Source: Bdellovibrionales bacterium (GTDB lineage: Bacteria > Bdellovibrionota > Bdellovibrionia > Bdellovibrionales > JAUICD01). Taken from it: DNA of 64,000 nt. Both the position numbers and the translations under genes were made by a program. The stretch's first letter is position 1; every line of letters begins with the position of its first letter. The notes beneath the pieces are model-generated. The model did not search any database and had not been told where the DNA came from. It saw nothing but the letters and a program-made list of their open reading frames with translations. Location of the stretch: positions 397,013 to 461,012 of the forward strand of contig CBDANC010000015.1 of assembly GCA_965197425.1 (NCBI GenBank), in the 5' to 3' direction. Positions 47,559 to 59,433 of this stretch are shown piece after piece.

Positions 47559-48602
47559 TTGAGAAACACACGGGTGGAGTATCCACTTGATTTTGTAGGA
47601 AAAAATACTCTGTTTGGGGTCATCTCCACGGTGCTGGTTTTACTTTCAGGGTTTTCTATATTTTACAATGGATTAAACTACGGGATTGACTTTGCAGGTG
47701 GAGTGGAAATGCAGGTTCGCTTTAACGAAGAAGTTCAACCTCAAGATATTAGAAACTTGCTCTCCAAACTAGAGATAGAGTCAAGTCAAGTGCAACAATT
47801 AGGATCAGGCACTGAGTATTTGATTAGATTTGAAGATCGTCAAACAGACGGAGCAAATTTGGCAGAAGAAACAAAAACTGAAGTTACTACCACCAGTGGA
47901 GTTTCCACTACGAGTGGAGTTTCCACTGACAAACTAACGGGTGAGGAAGCCATCAGTGGTGAAGTTACAGGTGATGAAGAAGAAGGTGTAGAAGTAAGTG
48001 GAACTGTAGCAGAGCTTAGAGCTGCTATTTTGAGTGAATTTTCAGGTCCGCCAGAGATACTTAGGGTTGATCAGGTAGGTCCTAGAATTGGTTCTCAATT
48101 AAAGAGAAATGGTATGCTTGCTATATTTTATAGTTTAATTTTGATTTTGATTTATGTTGGTCTGAGGTTTGATTACAACTTTGCACCAGGAGCTGCTATT
48201 TGCTTATTTCATGATTCTATTATCACTCTGGGTGTCTTTTCTTTTTTAGGTAAAGAGATCAATGTTCAAATTCTAGCTGCAGTCCTTACTATTATTGGTT
48301 ATTCCTTAAACGACACAATAGTTATATTTGATAGAATCCGTGAAAACATCTCTTTGTATAAAAATAATAAACTGCCTTGGATAATCAACAGATCTATTAA
48401 TGATGTAATCTCCAGAACCTTACTAACTTCTATTACCACCCTAGTGGCTGTGGTTTCTCTATATGTATTGGCTGGAGGTGTTATATCTGACTTTGCATTT
48501 GCTCTAGGTATTGGAGTTATTATTGGAACATACTCATCCATATACATTGCATCACCTCTTGTTATTCAATTTGAAAAGTTGAAATCTAAAAAAAGAGTCT
48601 GA
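47559..48602 (+). CDS. secF: Protein translocase subunit SecF
   Basis: GIDF.GG, VGP.IG, IGYSLNDTIV.FDRIRE and GTYSSI.IA; TSGVST x2 inserted at 47892-47927. Confidence 0.97.
   Translation: MRNTRVEYPLDFVGKNTLFGVISTVLVLLSGFSIFYNGLNYGIDFAGGVEMQVRFNEEVQPQDIRNLLSKLEIESSQVQQLGSGTEYLIRFEDRQTDGANLAEETKTEVTTTSGVSTTSGVSTDKLTGEEAISGEVTGDEEEGVEVSGTVAELRAAILSEFSGPPEILRVDQVGPRIGSQLKRNGMLAIFYSLILILIYVGLRFDYNFAPGAAICLFHDSIITLGVFSFLGKEINVQILAAVLTIIGYSLNDTIVIFDRIRENISLYKNNKLPWIINRSINDVISRTLLTSITTLVAVVSLYVLAGGVISDFAFALGIGVIIGTYSSIYIASPLVIQFEKLKSKKRV
47892..47927 (+). repeat. 2 x 18-bp mini-palindrome in frame within secF
   Basis: ACCAGTGGAGTTTCCACT ACGAGTGGAGTTTCCACT. Confidence 0.92.
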
Positions 48603-48809
48603 TAAATCACATAACCCACCAATACTATGGTCGTATCAAGTGGTTATTACAGAAAAGCTACCTGGTTTATTCTGATAACTGAAATTTTCATCTGGACAAA
48701 AGTTATAAATAAGTATTTTTAGTTTTTGTATTTAATATTTTCACAAAAATGCCCGATTGTAAGCCTGAGACTTTCATGTCTTTGGTTTAAACATTTGAGG
48801 GGTGTAATT

Positions 48810-49685
48810 ATGAAAAGCATTAATATTTTAGTTTTTCTATTTGCAAGTTTTGTTTTGGGGGCTACGGAGGCAAACGTAGATTTGCCAGAGGCAAGTGCAA
48901 ATGCTAACGTTGCGTTGCTGGAAGCTTCCGCTAGTGGTGATTCATCAGAAGTAGGTAGGCTTATTAGATCAGGTGCGGATGTTAATGCAAGAAATAACAA
49001 AGGTAGTACTCCTTTGCACTTAGCTGTAAGTAGAGGACACCTTGATGTAGTTAGGACTCTTATTCAATCTGGTGCTCACATAAATGCTACAAGTCACGGG
49101 GAGAATGGTTTTGCTCCTATACACTTTGCTACTTATTGGGATCAGTTCGGTATGCTTACTTTATTGGTAAGAGCAGGTGCTAGAGTTGATGTTATTACTC
49201 ACAGAGGTAACACCGCTGTTCACTTAGCTGCTGGAAAAGGTAACAGAAAATTTATAGATTTCTTGGCAAATCATAAATCAAGTGTAGATGGTCAAAATAA
49301 ATTTGGTAATACTCCTTTACACTTTGCTGCTGCATTTTCAGATGACAAAGATTTAGCTAGTCTATTGGTCAGAAAACATAGCGCTTATATTCATGCAAAC
49401 AACAAATATGATCAAATGGCACTACACTTCGCCGCTCAAATGGGCAATGTATCTGTTTTAAGGGAGCTACTTGGATATGGTAGTTATGTTGATCCAAAAG
49501 ATGTAAACGGAAGAACTCCACTTCACTATGCTGCTGAAAAAGGTAATGCTGAGGCTACTGCACTGTTGCTGTCATACAGAGCTAACCCTAATACAAGAGA
49601 TCACGGTGGTTACATGCCATCTGACTTGGCTAGACAAGCTGGGTTTTCTAACGTAGTAAATGTATTAGCTGACACAGGGTTATAA
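48810..49685 (+). CDS. Secreted ankyrin-repeat protein
   Basis: GAGGGG RBS, signal peptide, ~7-8 G.TPLH.AA..G repeats. Confidence 0.92.
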   Translation: MKSINILVFLFASFVLGATEANVDLPEASANANVALLEASASGDSSEVGRLIRSGADVNARNNKGSTPLHLAVSRGHLDVVRTLIQSGAHINATSHGENGFAPIHFATYWDQFGMLTLLVRAGARVDVITHRGNTAVHLAAGKGNRKFIDFLANHKSSVDGQNKFGNTPLHFAAAFSDDKDLASLLVRKHSAYIHANNKYDQMALHFAAQMGNVSVLRELLGYGSYVDPKDVNGRTPLHYAAEKGNAEATALLLSYRANPNTRDHGGYMPSDLARQAGFSNVVNVLADTGL

Positions 49686-49700
49686 GCAAAGTTTGCGAAG

Positions 49701-49830
49701 GAAGACCTTAGTAACTGGAGTTGTATTACACGCTACAAAGCTGGGCAGCTCTGATACTGAAAGTACCTTGGCTACACTTGTGCTTCGCACAGCATTTCAC
49801 CTAGGCAACTTTCAGTTCTTGCTGGGACCT
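49701..49830 (+). repeat. Diverged REP-like repeat in a convergent gap
   Basis: GAAGACCTT, AAAGCTGGGCAGC and the hairpin TTGGCTACACTTGTGCTTCGCAC, similar to 18930-18960. Confidence 0.65.
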
Positions 49831-50115
49831 TTAGTCAGAGAATACAATCAACAGGTCATTGGGCTTTAGTAAACTTAGTCTATCAATGGCCTGATTCTCT
49901 ATGTAATCTGGATCGTGTGCGGTCTTTATCTTTTCTGATAACAAAACATAATCTTTTTGTAGTTTATCTATATTTTGAACCAACTCTTTCTTTTTGTTAG
50001 ATAGTTTTATCAGTGCTATCACTGTTGAGTCATACGCAATGTTTACCAAGACAAACCCAGTACACAACAAAAAAATATAGAACGGTCGATATACTATCCT
50101 CTTCACAAACTTCAT
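49831..50115 (-). CDS. Septum formation initiator (FtsB/DivIC-like)
   Basis: TM segment + coiled coil + DPDYIE.QA..RL.L.KP.D. Confidence 0.8.
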   Translation of the reverse strand: MKFVKRIVYRPFYIFLLCTGFVLVNIAYDSTVIALIKLSNKKKELVQNIDKLQKDYVLLSEKIKTAHDPDYIENQAIDRLSLLKPNDLLIVFSD

Positions 50116-50155
50116 CCCTTAATTCTAGCATATCAAAATAAAAAATCCTAGCTTC

Positions 50156-50505
50156 AAGGTCTTCCGAATGAGGCAAAAAATAAGGAGCCTTCGCCTATTT
50201 TTTTTTGCCGAGTGGTTGCCCAGTGCTGGAACAAGATTCTGATCCCGTTTCTTAAGGTCTTCTAAGCTAGGCCAATAAGGTGAACTTGTTTACCTTTTTT
50301 CAATTGGCTCACGGGATAAATCTTTATATTATCCAATTGAAATAACCTCCCTGCGGTCGGTTTTGGACTAGCGAGTTGTCCAGCTATTTGTGTGGTAAGT
50401 ATCTTGCTCTATGTTAAGAGATTGGCTGTGAGGTCCACCAGGAAGGAGCCACTTGGCAAAAAGGAAAGCGAAGCTTCCCTTATTTGCCTCACTAATGGAC
50501 CTTTG
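50156..50505. repeat. Intergenic REP-like mosaic (A-, B-, C+)
   Basis: Reverse module A at 50156-50250, reverse module B at 50255-50363, forward module C at 50424-50505. Confidence 0.88.
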
Positions 50506-50508
50506 GCT

Positions 50509-52164
<1,656 letters not shown>

Positions 52165-52179
52165 CTATTAAGTAATTTT

Positions 52180-52482
52180 TTAGTTGATGATTCCTAGAAC
52201 ATCATCTTCTCTTATCATTAGGTATTCCTGGCCATTTAGCTTCAGCTCAGTACCCGAATATTTGCTAAACAATACTTTGTCACCGCTTTTAACCTCTAAC
52301 GGGATGTGCTTACCATCTTCATTTGTCTTCCCAGCTCCAACAGCCACAACTTCTCCTTTTTGAGGTTTTTCTTTTGCGGTTTCCGGTATGTAGATCCCTC
52401 CAACAGTTTTGTCCTCTTCACTCAGTCTTTGAATTAATAGCCTGTCGTGTAGAGGTCTTACATTAACATTAGTAGTTTCCAT
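52180..52482 (-). CDS. groS: Co-chaperonin GroES
   Basis: RPLHDR, GGI.IPE.AKEKPQ.G.VVAVG; upstream TTGACA-N17-CATATT on the minus strand at 52559-52587. Confidence 0.99.
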   Translation of the reverse strand: METTNVNVRPLHDRLLIQRLSEEDKTVGGIYIPETAKEKPQKGEVVAVGAGKTNEDGKHIPLEVKSGDKVLFSKYSGTELKLNGQEYLMIREDDVLGIIN

Positions 52483-52742
52483 GTTTCCTTCTCTCCTATT
52501 GTTTGTATATTTTACAACTCTCCGTCGCCACCCGGCTTAGGCCAGGATGTCGAGCCACAATATGTTAATCTGGGTCACACATGTCAAGGGTAGTTTAGAA
52601 AAAATGGAGTTTTTTCAAGCAACCCACTAAAACTGACTTATGTTTATACACTCTAAAACTTACATATGATCTTGCAAAAACTTCATCATTTAAGGCAATT
52701 GCTTGGCATGGATGTTGCTCCGTAAAAGAGGGTGTCTGTTTG

Positions 52743-52836
52743 GAAGGAACAGGATCGGCCTCGTGGTAAGAAGCTGGGCAACCACTCGGTAAAAAAGTAG
52801 GCATAGCCTCCTTATTTTGCCTCGTTGGAAGACCTT
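52743..52836 (+). repeat. Intergenic REP-like repeat, module A
   Basis: AGCTGGGCAACCACTCGG.AAAAAAGTAGGCATAGCCTCCTTATTTTGCCTCGTTGGAAGACCTT. Confidence 0.9.
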
Positions 52837-52863
52837 AAAGTAAGTTAGTTTGAGGAGGTATGT

Positions 52864-53760
52864 ATGAAGGGTCTTAGGAAGGGTTTGATTTGTATATTAG
52901 GGTTTTTATCTTGGACAGCTTGTGGTGGTAAGCCTGCTGTTGAAGATATATCTGATATTAAGTATCAGGTAAACAGAATTACATCTCCTTACGATGATGA
53001 AAAGTTATATCGTGTTGAAGATGAGTTCAACTTTCTAGATAAGTATAGCGGGAATGCCAAAATTATAAAAAGTGATATTGCGGGTGAATGTACAAGTAGT
53101 ATTGATTCAAGGGACATTAAGACAATAAATGCTACTGTAAATTCCAATAAATTTAAGTTGGGTGTGGTGTTTTCACCTGAATTTTTGGTTTCTGCAAATA
53201 CAGATGCTGAATCTTACAGGTGTCACCTAACGATTTCAGGTACAACTGATGTAGGTAGTCAAGTTGATGTACCTTTAGTTCTTGGATGGAATCAAGATGA
53301 TTTTCTAGGGATAGATCTACATACCTCAATTCATGATATAGGTACACAGAGGATAGCATTAGATCTTAGGGATGTTGTGTTGGAAGTATTGGAGGAATAC
53401 AAAAATGGATCAACAGATCCAAGTATAAGACTGATTTGTAGTGGTTACCAAGACTTTCCTAGCATTTTAACTGATAAATCTGTAATACATAGACTTATTG
53501 GTGATGAGGATGACAACAACATATTAGGACTAGTGTACTACCTTGCACTAGCGTTTGGCAAACTAGAAGAGGGTGATTGGTTTGAACAATTGGATGGGGC
53601 AAACTGTGTTTTGACGAACAACAAACTTAATACTCCAGAATATAGGTGGTCTCACGTGGTTAAACTTCATGACATATTAGATAAGGGATTTCAGTTGGTT
53701 TACTATCTACTTGATCACAAGGAGCTTGAAAGGCTTGAATTAGGTTGGCTAAGGAGTTGA
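52864..53760 (+). CDS. Hypothetical lipoprotein
   Basis: GAGGAGG RBS; lipobox WTAC. Confidence 0.78.
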   Translation: MKGLRKGLICILGFLSWTACGGKPAVEDISDIKYQVNRITSPYDDEKLYRVEDEFNFLDKYSGNAKIIKSDIAGECTSSIDSRDIKTINATVNSNKFKLGVVFSPEFLVSANTDAESYRCHLTISGTTDVGSQVDVPLVLGWNQDDFLGIDLHTSIHDIGTQRIALDLRDVVLEVLEEYKNGSTDPSIRLICSGYQDFPSILTDKSVIHRLIGDEDDNNILGLVYYLALAFGKLEEGDWFEQLDGANCVLTNNKLNTPEYRWSHVVKLHDILDKGFQLVYYLLDHKELERLELGWLRS

Positions 53761-53824
53761 TCCTCTTGGAGAGTTATTTGAAGATGAGCCTAATGAGGTA
53801 AAAAACAAGATGGAGCTTTTAAAA

Positions 53825-53870
53825 AGGCAGTTTAAATATTGAACACATTTGTTTAATATTTAAACTGCCT
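53825..53870. terminator. Strong 21-bp inverted repeat (terminator or fused element ends)
   Basis: AGGCAGTTTAAATATTGAACA-CATT-TGTTTAATATTTAAACTGCCT, flanked by A- and T-rich tracts. Confidence 0.5.
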
Positions 53871-54089
53871 TCTTTGGTTTTTATGAAGCTTAAGATTTGA
53901 TCATGGCATCAAAAGTTCTTATATTTCAGTTAGTTATATTAAATATTAAAAATAACGCTTGATGCTTAGTACTTGTCTTTGGATTGTTGGCGTGTTAAGA
54001 ATACAGGAAAAGAAAAAGGGAGTTTTTAGAGGGCTTCGTTTGTTTTTTGGGGATTTTCTATTAAAAAAGATTTAAAAAGATCTGTAAAC

Positions 54090-54359
54090 GTGAATTTGGG
54101 CGGTCAGCAACTTAACCTCAAAACCACTTGTGGTGAGGATATGCTGGTCGATATATTGTCTTATGTGGAGGATAGGTTTAATCAAAGTTTAGATTCTGTC
54201 AAAAGTAAATCAGTGGAGAGGGCCGCCATTCTGACTGCTCTCAACATTGCTGAAGAAAATTTTTTGTTAAAAGAAGATTATGTTTCGGAATTAACATCCA
54301 TAGAGAATAGAACAAAAAACATTTTAGCGACCTTAAAGTCATCTATAGAAACTTCCTAG
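54090..54359 (+). CDS. zapA: Cell division protein ZapA
   Basis: YV..........S..RAAIL.ALNIAEE motif; position upstream of ygfA-rny. Confidence 0.85.
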   Translation: MNLGGQQLNLKTTCGEDMLVDILSYVEDRFNQSLDSVKSKSVERAAILTALNIAEENFLLKEDYVSELTSIENRTKNILATLKSSIETS

Positions 54360-54411
54360 AATTAAAGCACCAATGTTATGTTGGTGTTATGTAAATTTAG
54401 GTAAGTTAAAA

Positions 54412-54978
54412 GTGAGTGACAAGGCCAAAATCAGGGAGTTTTATCTAGCCAAGCGCCGCGAGATACAAAACGCATTAGATTTATCAGACAAAGTATCTGG
54501 TAACTGTGCAGATTTTTTGACAAGTCATAGTAATGGCAGAACCTGGGCTAGTTATAGATCATTTGGTCACGAAGTTGATTTGTCTCATTTCAATCTAAAG
54601 AATAATTTTGCTTATCCTAAGGTGGTCTCTTCTGGAGATTACATGGAATTTTATAGGACTTCGCTTGCACCTGATGAGTGGGTAAGGACTGAGTTTGGGT
54701 TTTTAGAGCCAAAGAACAGTGTAAACAGGATCGATGTGGAGAGCCTTGAAGGGATTTTTTTTCCAGGGGTTGCCTATGATTACTTCGGCAATCGTATAGG
54801 TTATGGCAAAGGTTATTATGACAAAACATTAAAAAGTTATACTGGTATTAAGGTCGGAGTTTGTTTTTCTATTCAAGTATCAAAAGAGTTATTTAAATGT
54901 ACAACCAAAGATGATGTATGTGTGGATTATATCATGACTGAAAAAGGTTGTTTTGAAGCGAGGAAATCACCACATTAA
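54412..54978 (+). CDS. ygfA: 5-formyltetrahydrofolate cyclo-ligase
   Basis: K..IR...LAKR, FG.LEP, PGVA.D..GNR.GYGKGYYD and D..VD.I.TE. Confidence 0.92.
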   Translation: MSDKAKIREFYLAKRREIQNALDLSDKVSGNCADFLTSHSNGRTWASYRSFGHEVDLSHFNLKNNFAYPKVVSSGDYMEFYRTSLAPDEWVRTEFGFLEPKNSVNRIDVESLEGIFFPGVAYDYFGNRIGYGKGYYDKTLKSYTGIKVGVCFSIQVSKELFKCTTKDDVCVDYIMTEKGCFEARKSPH

Positions 54979-55001
54979 ACGAATAGTTATGAGGATATAT
55001 T

Positions 55002-56552
55002 ATGAACATTATTTATGTATTATCTGGGTCGTTGGCCACATTATTGGTTACGACTCTTTTGAAGAAGGTCAATCGTACAAAAAGGCGCAGGAGGCTTGGT
55101 AGGGAAGCTGATACAATTTTATCCAGGGCAAAACAAGAGGCCAGGGAAATTGAAAAAAGAGCTGCAAATTTTGAGCGAAACGTAAAGAAAAATGCTGAAA
55201 GAGATACTAATAGACAAAGATCCAAGCTATCAAATGAGTTCAAAAATCTAAAGCTAAAAGAAAATCGCTTAAATGAAGCTTTGAATAAGAACAAGCTCCA
55301 CTTTCAACAAAAAGAACAATCTTTAAAAGCTGAAAGGGAGCAATTGGAAATACTTAAAAGCCAAATTTCTGCCAAGCAGGACGAGCTTAGAGAAAAAACT
55401 ATTGAGCTTGCAGATAAGTTGGAAAACATCTCTGGTATTTCAAAAGAAGAGGCCAAACAAAGTGTCATAGAGGCTGGCAAAGAAGAAGCAAAAACCCGGG
55501 CTTCCAAGATTGCTGTGCAGATAGAAAATGAAGCCAAGGAAGATGCAGAAAAAAAAGCCAAAAAAATTATAAGCCTAGCACTTGCAAGATATGCTGGGGA
55601 GTATTCTGCTGAAAGAACTACATCTGTAATTGAGTTGGAAAGCGAAGAGATGAAGGGAAAAATTATAGGAAGAGAAGGCAGAAACATAAGAGCATTAGAA
55701 ACGGTGTGTGGGGTTGACTTAGTCGTTGATGATACTCCCGAATTGGTTTTGATATCAGGTTTTGATCCAGTAAGAAGGGAGGTTGCCAAAAGAAGCTTAG
55801 AAAAGCTAATGGAAGATGGTAGAATTCACCCGGCTAGAATTGAAGAAATTGTAGGTAAAGTAAAAAGTGAATTATTTAAAAGCATAAAAAAAGACGGAGA
55901 AAAGTTAGCTCTCGAATTAGGTATATCGGGTTTAAACCCGGAACTTATAAAATTAGTAGGAAGTTTAAAGTATAGAAATTCCTATACTCAAAACAACTAT
56001 GTACACACTAGAGAGGTTGCGTACTTTGCAGGTATTATGGCAGCAGAATTAGGGGTTCCAATCAAACCTGCTATTAGAGCAGCACTTTTACATGACATAG
56101 GAAAGGCATTGGATCACTCTATAGAGGGAAGTCATGCTGTGATAGGTGCTGACTTTGCTAAAAGGCATGGAGAGACAGAGGAAGTTTGTCATGCCATAAG
56201 GGCTCATCATGAGGATGAAAAACCAAGAACCGCAATTGCATTTATAGTAATAGCCTCTGATGCTTTATCTGGCGCAAGACCTGGTGCTAGAAGGCAGACA
56301 ATGGAAAGTTATGTAAAAAGGCTAGAAGATCTAGAGTCTATTGGAAATAGTTTTGATGGGGTCATCAGAACATTTGCAATTCAGGCAGGCAGGGAGGTCA
56401 GGGTACTTGTAGAGGGCAGTCGTGTTACTGATGATCAGGCTTTGATGTTAAGTAGAGATATTGCAAGAAAAATTGAAAGAGAAATTAATTTTCCAGGTCA
56501 AATTAAAGTCACTGTTGTAAGAGAAACCAGGGCTGTTGAACATGCAAGATAA
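55002..56552 (+). CDS. rny: Ribonuclease Y
   Basis: N-terminal TM + coiled coil, KH domain KGKIIGREGRNIR, HD domain LLHDIGKA, and AIQAGREVRV. Confidence 0.97.
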   Translation: MNIIYVLSGSLATLLVTTLLKKVNRTKRRRRLGREADTILSRAKQEAREIEKRAANFERNVKKNAERDTNRQRSKLSNEFKNLKLKENRLNEALNKNKLHFQQKEQSLKAEREQLEILKSQISAKQDELREKTIELADKLENISGISKEEAKQSVIEAGKEEAKTRASKIAVQIENEAKEDAEKKAKKIISLALARYAGEYSAERTTSVIELESEEMKGKIIGREGRNIRALETVCGVDLVVDDTPELVLISGFDPVRREVAKRSLEKLMEDGRIHPARIEEIVGKVKSELFKSIKKDGEKLALELGISGLNPELIKLVGSLKYRNSYTQNNYVHTREVAYFAGIMAAELGVPIKPAIRAALLHDIGKALDHSIEGSHAVIGADFAKRHGETEEVCHAIRAHHEDEKPRTAIAFIVIASDALSGARPGARRQTMESYVKRLEDLESIGNSFDGVIRTFAIQAGREVRVLVEGSRVTDDQALMLSRDIARKIEREINFPGQIKVTVVRETRAVEHAR

Positions 56553-57804
56553 ACAACAATTATTAGAGTTAAAGAAAGGGGTAGTAGATTTAATATCAGA
56601 GGAAGAATTGTTAGAAAAAATACAAACCAGTTTGAAAACAAAAAAGCCTCTTAGGATTAAGGCTGGGTTTGATCCTACTAGTAGCGATCTTCACCTGGGG
56701 CATTTGGTTTTACTAAACAAGCTAAGGCAATTTCAGTTGTTTGGACATACTGTTATTTTTCTCATAGGGGATTTTACTACTACTATAGGTGATCCTTCGG
56801 GAAGAAACAGCACCAGGCCTACTTTATCTAGAGATAAGATAGAGGAGAATTCGAAAACATACCATGATCAAGTGTTTAAGGTATTGGACAAAAACAAGAC
56901 AGAGGTTCGTTATAACAAAGAATGGATGGATGGTTTTACACCGCCTGACTTTATAAATCTTATGAGCGGGTACACCGTATCTAGGATGGTTGAAAGAGAT
57001 GACTTTAAAACCAGACTGGAAAAGGGTGTGGGGTTATTTATTCATGAGTTAGTATATCCATTGATTCAGGGTTACGATTCTGTTGCTCTAAAGTCTGATG
57101 TGGAGATAGGGGGTACAGATCAAAAATTTAATTTATTAGTTGGTAGAGATGTACAAAAAGCAAATGGTCAAAAACCTCAATGTGTTATGACACTACCTTT
57201 GTTAGAGGGAACTGATGGGGTTAGAAAAATGTCCAAAAGTTTCAATAACTACATTTCATTGAAGGACTCACCTACACAGATGTTTGGAAAAATTATGAGT
57301 ATTCCTGATGATATGATTTTAAGATACTTTGAGCTTTTAACAGATCTAACAACTTCGGAGATCAACCAACTTAAAGTTGATTTAGATTCTGGTACAAGTG
57401 GAGTATCCACTACGAGTGGAGTATCTACTACGAGTGGAGTATCCACTAAAAATCCAAGGGATGTTAAGGTGATGTTGGCTGAAACTTTGGTTTCTATGTT
57501 TTATGCAAAATCGGATGCCACAAATGCCAAAGAGGAGTTTTTTAAGGTATTTAGCAAAAGGGAACTTCCTACTGATATACCTCAGGTTGATTTTGGTCAG
57601 GGTAATGTTTGGATATGTAAGCTGTTGTTTCAGATTGGGTTGAGTTCTTCTAGTAGTGATTCCAGAAGACTGATACAGGGTGGTGGTGTGAAATTAAATG
57701 AAAAAAAAATTAATGATTATAATTTAAAGCTAGATTTGAAAAAAGGAGATACACTGTTATTGTCTGTAGGTAGAAGAAAATTTGTTAAGGTAATGGTAAA
57801 GTAG
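56542..57804 (+). CDS. tyrS: Tyrosine-tRNA ligase
   Basis: GFDPT..DLHLGH, GGTDQ.FN, KMSKS and S4 domain; TSGVST x3 inserted at 57394-57447. Confidence 0.98.
   Translation: MQDKQQLLELKKGVVDLISEEELLEKIQTSLKTKKPLRIKAGFDPTSSDLHLGHLVLLNKLRQFQLFGHTVIFLIGDFTTTIGDPSGRNSTRPTLSRDKIEENSKTYHDQVFKVLDKNKTEVRYNKEWMDGFTPPDFINLMSGYTVSRMVERDDFKTRLEKGVGLFIHELVYPLIQGYDSVALKSDVEIGGTDQKFNLLVGRDVQKANGQKPQCVMTLPLLEGTDGVRKMSKSFNNYISLKDSPTQMFGKIMSIPDDMILRYFELLTDLTTSEINQLKVDLDSGTSGVSTTSGVSTTSGVSTKNPRDVKVMLAETLVSMFYAKSDATNAKEEFFKVFSKRELPTDIPQVDFGQGNVWICKLLFQIGLSSSSSDSRRLIQGGGVKLNEKKINDYNLKLDLKKGDTLLLSVGRRKFVKVMVK
57394..57447 (+). repeat. 3 x 18-bp mini-palindrome in frame within tyrS
   Basis: ACAAGTGGAGTATCCACT ACGAGTGGAGTATCTACT ACGAGTGGAGTATCCACT. 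Confidence 0.93.
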
Positions 57805-57843
57805 AAGCTAGAATGATGTTGGAGGTTTAAGAAAGTGTATCAC

Positions 57844-58041
57844 AACGTAATTCGCATAACAAAAACCGACCGTAGGGAGGTTATTTCAATTGGAAAATAT
57901 AAAGATTTATCCCGTGAGCCAATTGAAAAAAAGCGAACAAGTTCACTTTGTTGGCCTCGTTGGAAGACCTTGTTAAACGTAATTCGCATAACAAGAATCT
58001 GGCGAAGCCAGATTGTTTGTCATGCTCAATCAGTGTTGGGG
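57844..58041 (+). repeat. Intergenic REP-like mosaic (module B + module E) with a 19-bp direct repeat
   Basis: AACGTAATTCGCATAACAA at 57844-57862 and 57976-57994 brackets module B. Confidence 0.88.
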
Positions 58042-58043
58042 AT

Positions 58044-58523
58044 ATGAAAACAAAAGTAATTTTTATGCCACAAAATATAGAACTGGAGTTAAAGCCTAAC
58101 CAGAGTGTTATGGATTTAGCGCATGATAACGATATTCACATAAAATCAATTTGTAAGGGCATACCATCTTGTGCGGAGTGCAAGATAAAAGTAGCGGAAG
58201 GTGAATATAATGTTATTCCTCCAAGTAGCAAAGAATTAAATTTGATAGGTAGCTTGTGTTTTTTGGACAATTCCAGGCTTTCATGTCAGATGAAATGTTT
58301 TGGAGATATAACAGTAGATTTAAGTGAGCAAGTTGAAAGAGCAAAAAAAGTGCTGACTCCTCCTAACGATAAAAAAAAGGGCAAGGACTCAAAGGCCGTA
58401 ACAGGCAATGTTATATTAGAAGGTAAGGGTCATTATAATGATTTTCAAGAAAGAGCAGTTGAGGAAGCTATTATAAAAGAGCAAATTGATCTGGCAAAAA
58501 GTAGGCTTAAGAAAAAAAAGTAA
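58044..58523 (+). CDS. 2Fe-2S ferredoxin-domain protein
   Basis: C.G.PSC.EC...RLSCQ; the ORF-track extension upstream of 58044 lies in repeat DNA. Confidence 0.88.
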   Translation: MKTKVIFMPQNIELELKPNQSVMDLAHDNDIHIKSICKGIPSCAECKIKVAEGEYNVIPPSSKELNLIGSLCFLDNSRLSCQMKCFGDITVDLSEQVERAKKVLTPPNDKKKGKDSKAVTGNVILEGKGHYNDFQERAVEEAIIKEQIDLAKSRLKKKK

Positions 58524-58636
58524 CAGGCTTGGGTTTTGCGTGTTGTTTAAGCTATCAAGGTTGATGGCTTGACTTGGGGTAAAAAATAATCAATAGGTAT
58601 TAGAAAGCTAATACTTTCGATGGGGGACAAAACATC

Positions 58637-59431
58637 ATGGTAAAGAGTGTGACAAAAATGAGCAGGGAGGAATTGGAACATAAGTCATTATTTGGGTATA
58701 AACTAGGTGTTTGGAAATCACACAAAGCCTTTTTGCCTGGAGTTGTTACATTTTGTACCGTCATGAGTTTTGTTGTTTTGTTTTTTCTTTCTCTAGATGC
58801 ACATGCTCAAAGAGATAGGTATGAGTGGGAAGAAAGCTCTATGTACATAAAACCTCAGTTTGGAATGATAATGTTAGGAAGGGTGAGTGCTGAGCTTCGT
58901 CCAATAAGTCAAGACAGTGATAAGTTTGATTACAAGCAAGATGGATATGGCTATTTTCCTTCTATTATTGGTGTAGCTTTAGAGCAGAAAATAATAGAGG
59001 ACTTGTTTATTGAGATAGAAGCTGGGTTTTTTAGAAATTATGATGCTGGAGAGTTATCTAGTGACAGAGAAAGTCATGCATTGATTGCAGTAGGTCCTAT
59101 TTTTCGTTTTTCGAATGAATCGGGTCTTATAACGCCTTTTGTGTCGCTTAGCTTAGGTAGTTTGTACTCACAGTATAACTCCAGTAATATAATTCAAGAA
59201 GAAGTTGCTTCTGTTATTGATGATGTTGCTTCCTTTTTAGGGCAGGTTGGAGCCGGGGTTGATTTTGGATATTTTGAAAATATCGATTTTGGAATTGGCT
59301 ATAAATTTATGTTTATTGGAAGCCAGGGTGATCTTGAAATATTTGGTTTAGATCACCAAACTCTACATTTTGGACCCAGAATAGGTCATAGATTTGAAGG
59401 TGCCATAAGAATAGGTACCAATGTATTTTGA
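58637..59431 (+). CDS. Outer membrane beta-barrel protein (small 8-strand type)
   Basis: Hydrophobic signal ending AHAQ, amphipathic strands, PFVSL.LG, Q.GAG.D..., terminal Phe. Confidence 0.72.
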   Translation: MVKSVTKMSREELEHKSLFGYKLGVWKSHKAFLPGVVTFCTVMSFVVLFFLSLDAHAQRDRYEWEESSMYIKPQFGMIMLGRVSAELRPISQDSDKFDYKQDGYGYFPSIIGVALEQKIIEDLFIEIEAGFFRNYDAGELSSDRESHALIAVGPIFRFSNESGLITPFVSLSLGSLYSQYNSSNIIQEEVASVIDDVASFLGQVGAGVDFGYFENIDFGIGYKFMFIGSQGDLEIFGLDHQTLHFGPRIGHRFEGAIRIGTNVF

Positions 59432-59433
59432 TT

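Noticed and set aside
52483..52600. CIRCE element upstream of groES
   Set aside because: No TTAGCACTC-N9-GAGTGCTAA is present; only a sigma70-like promoter is visible.
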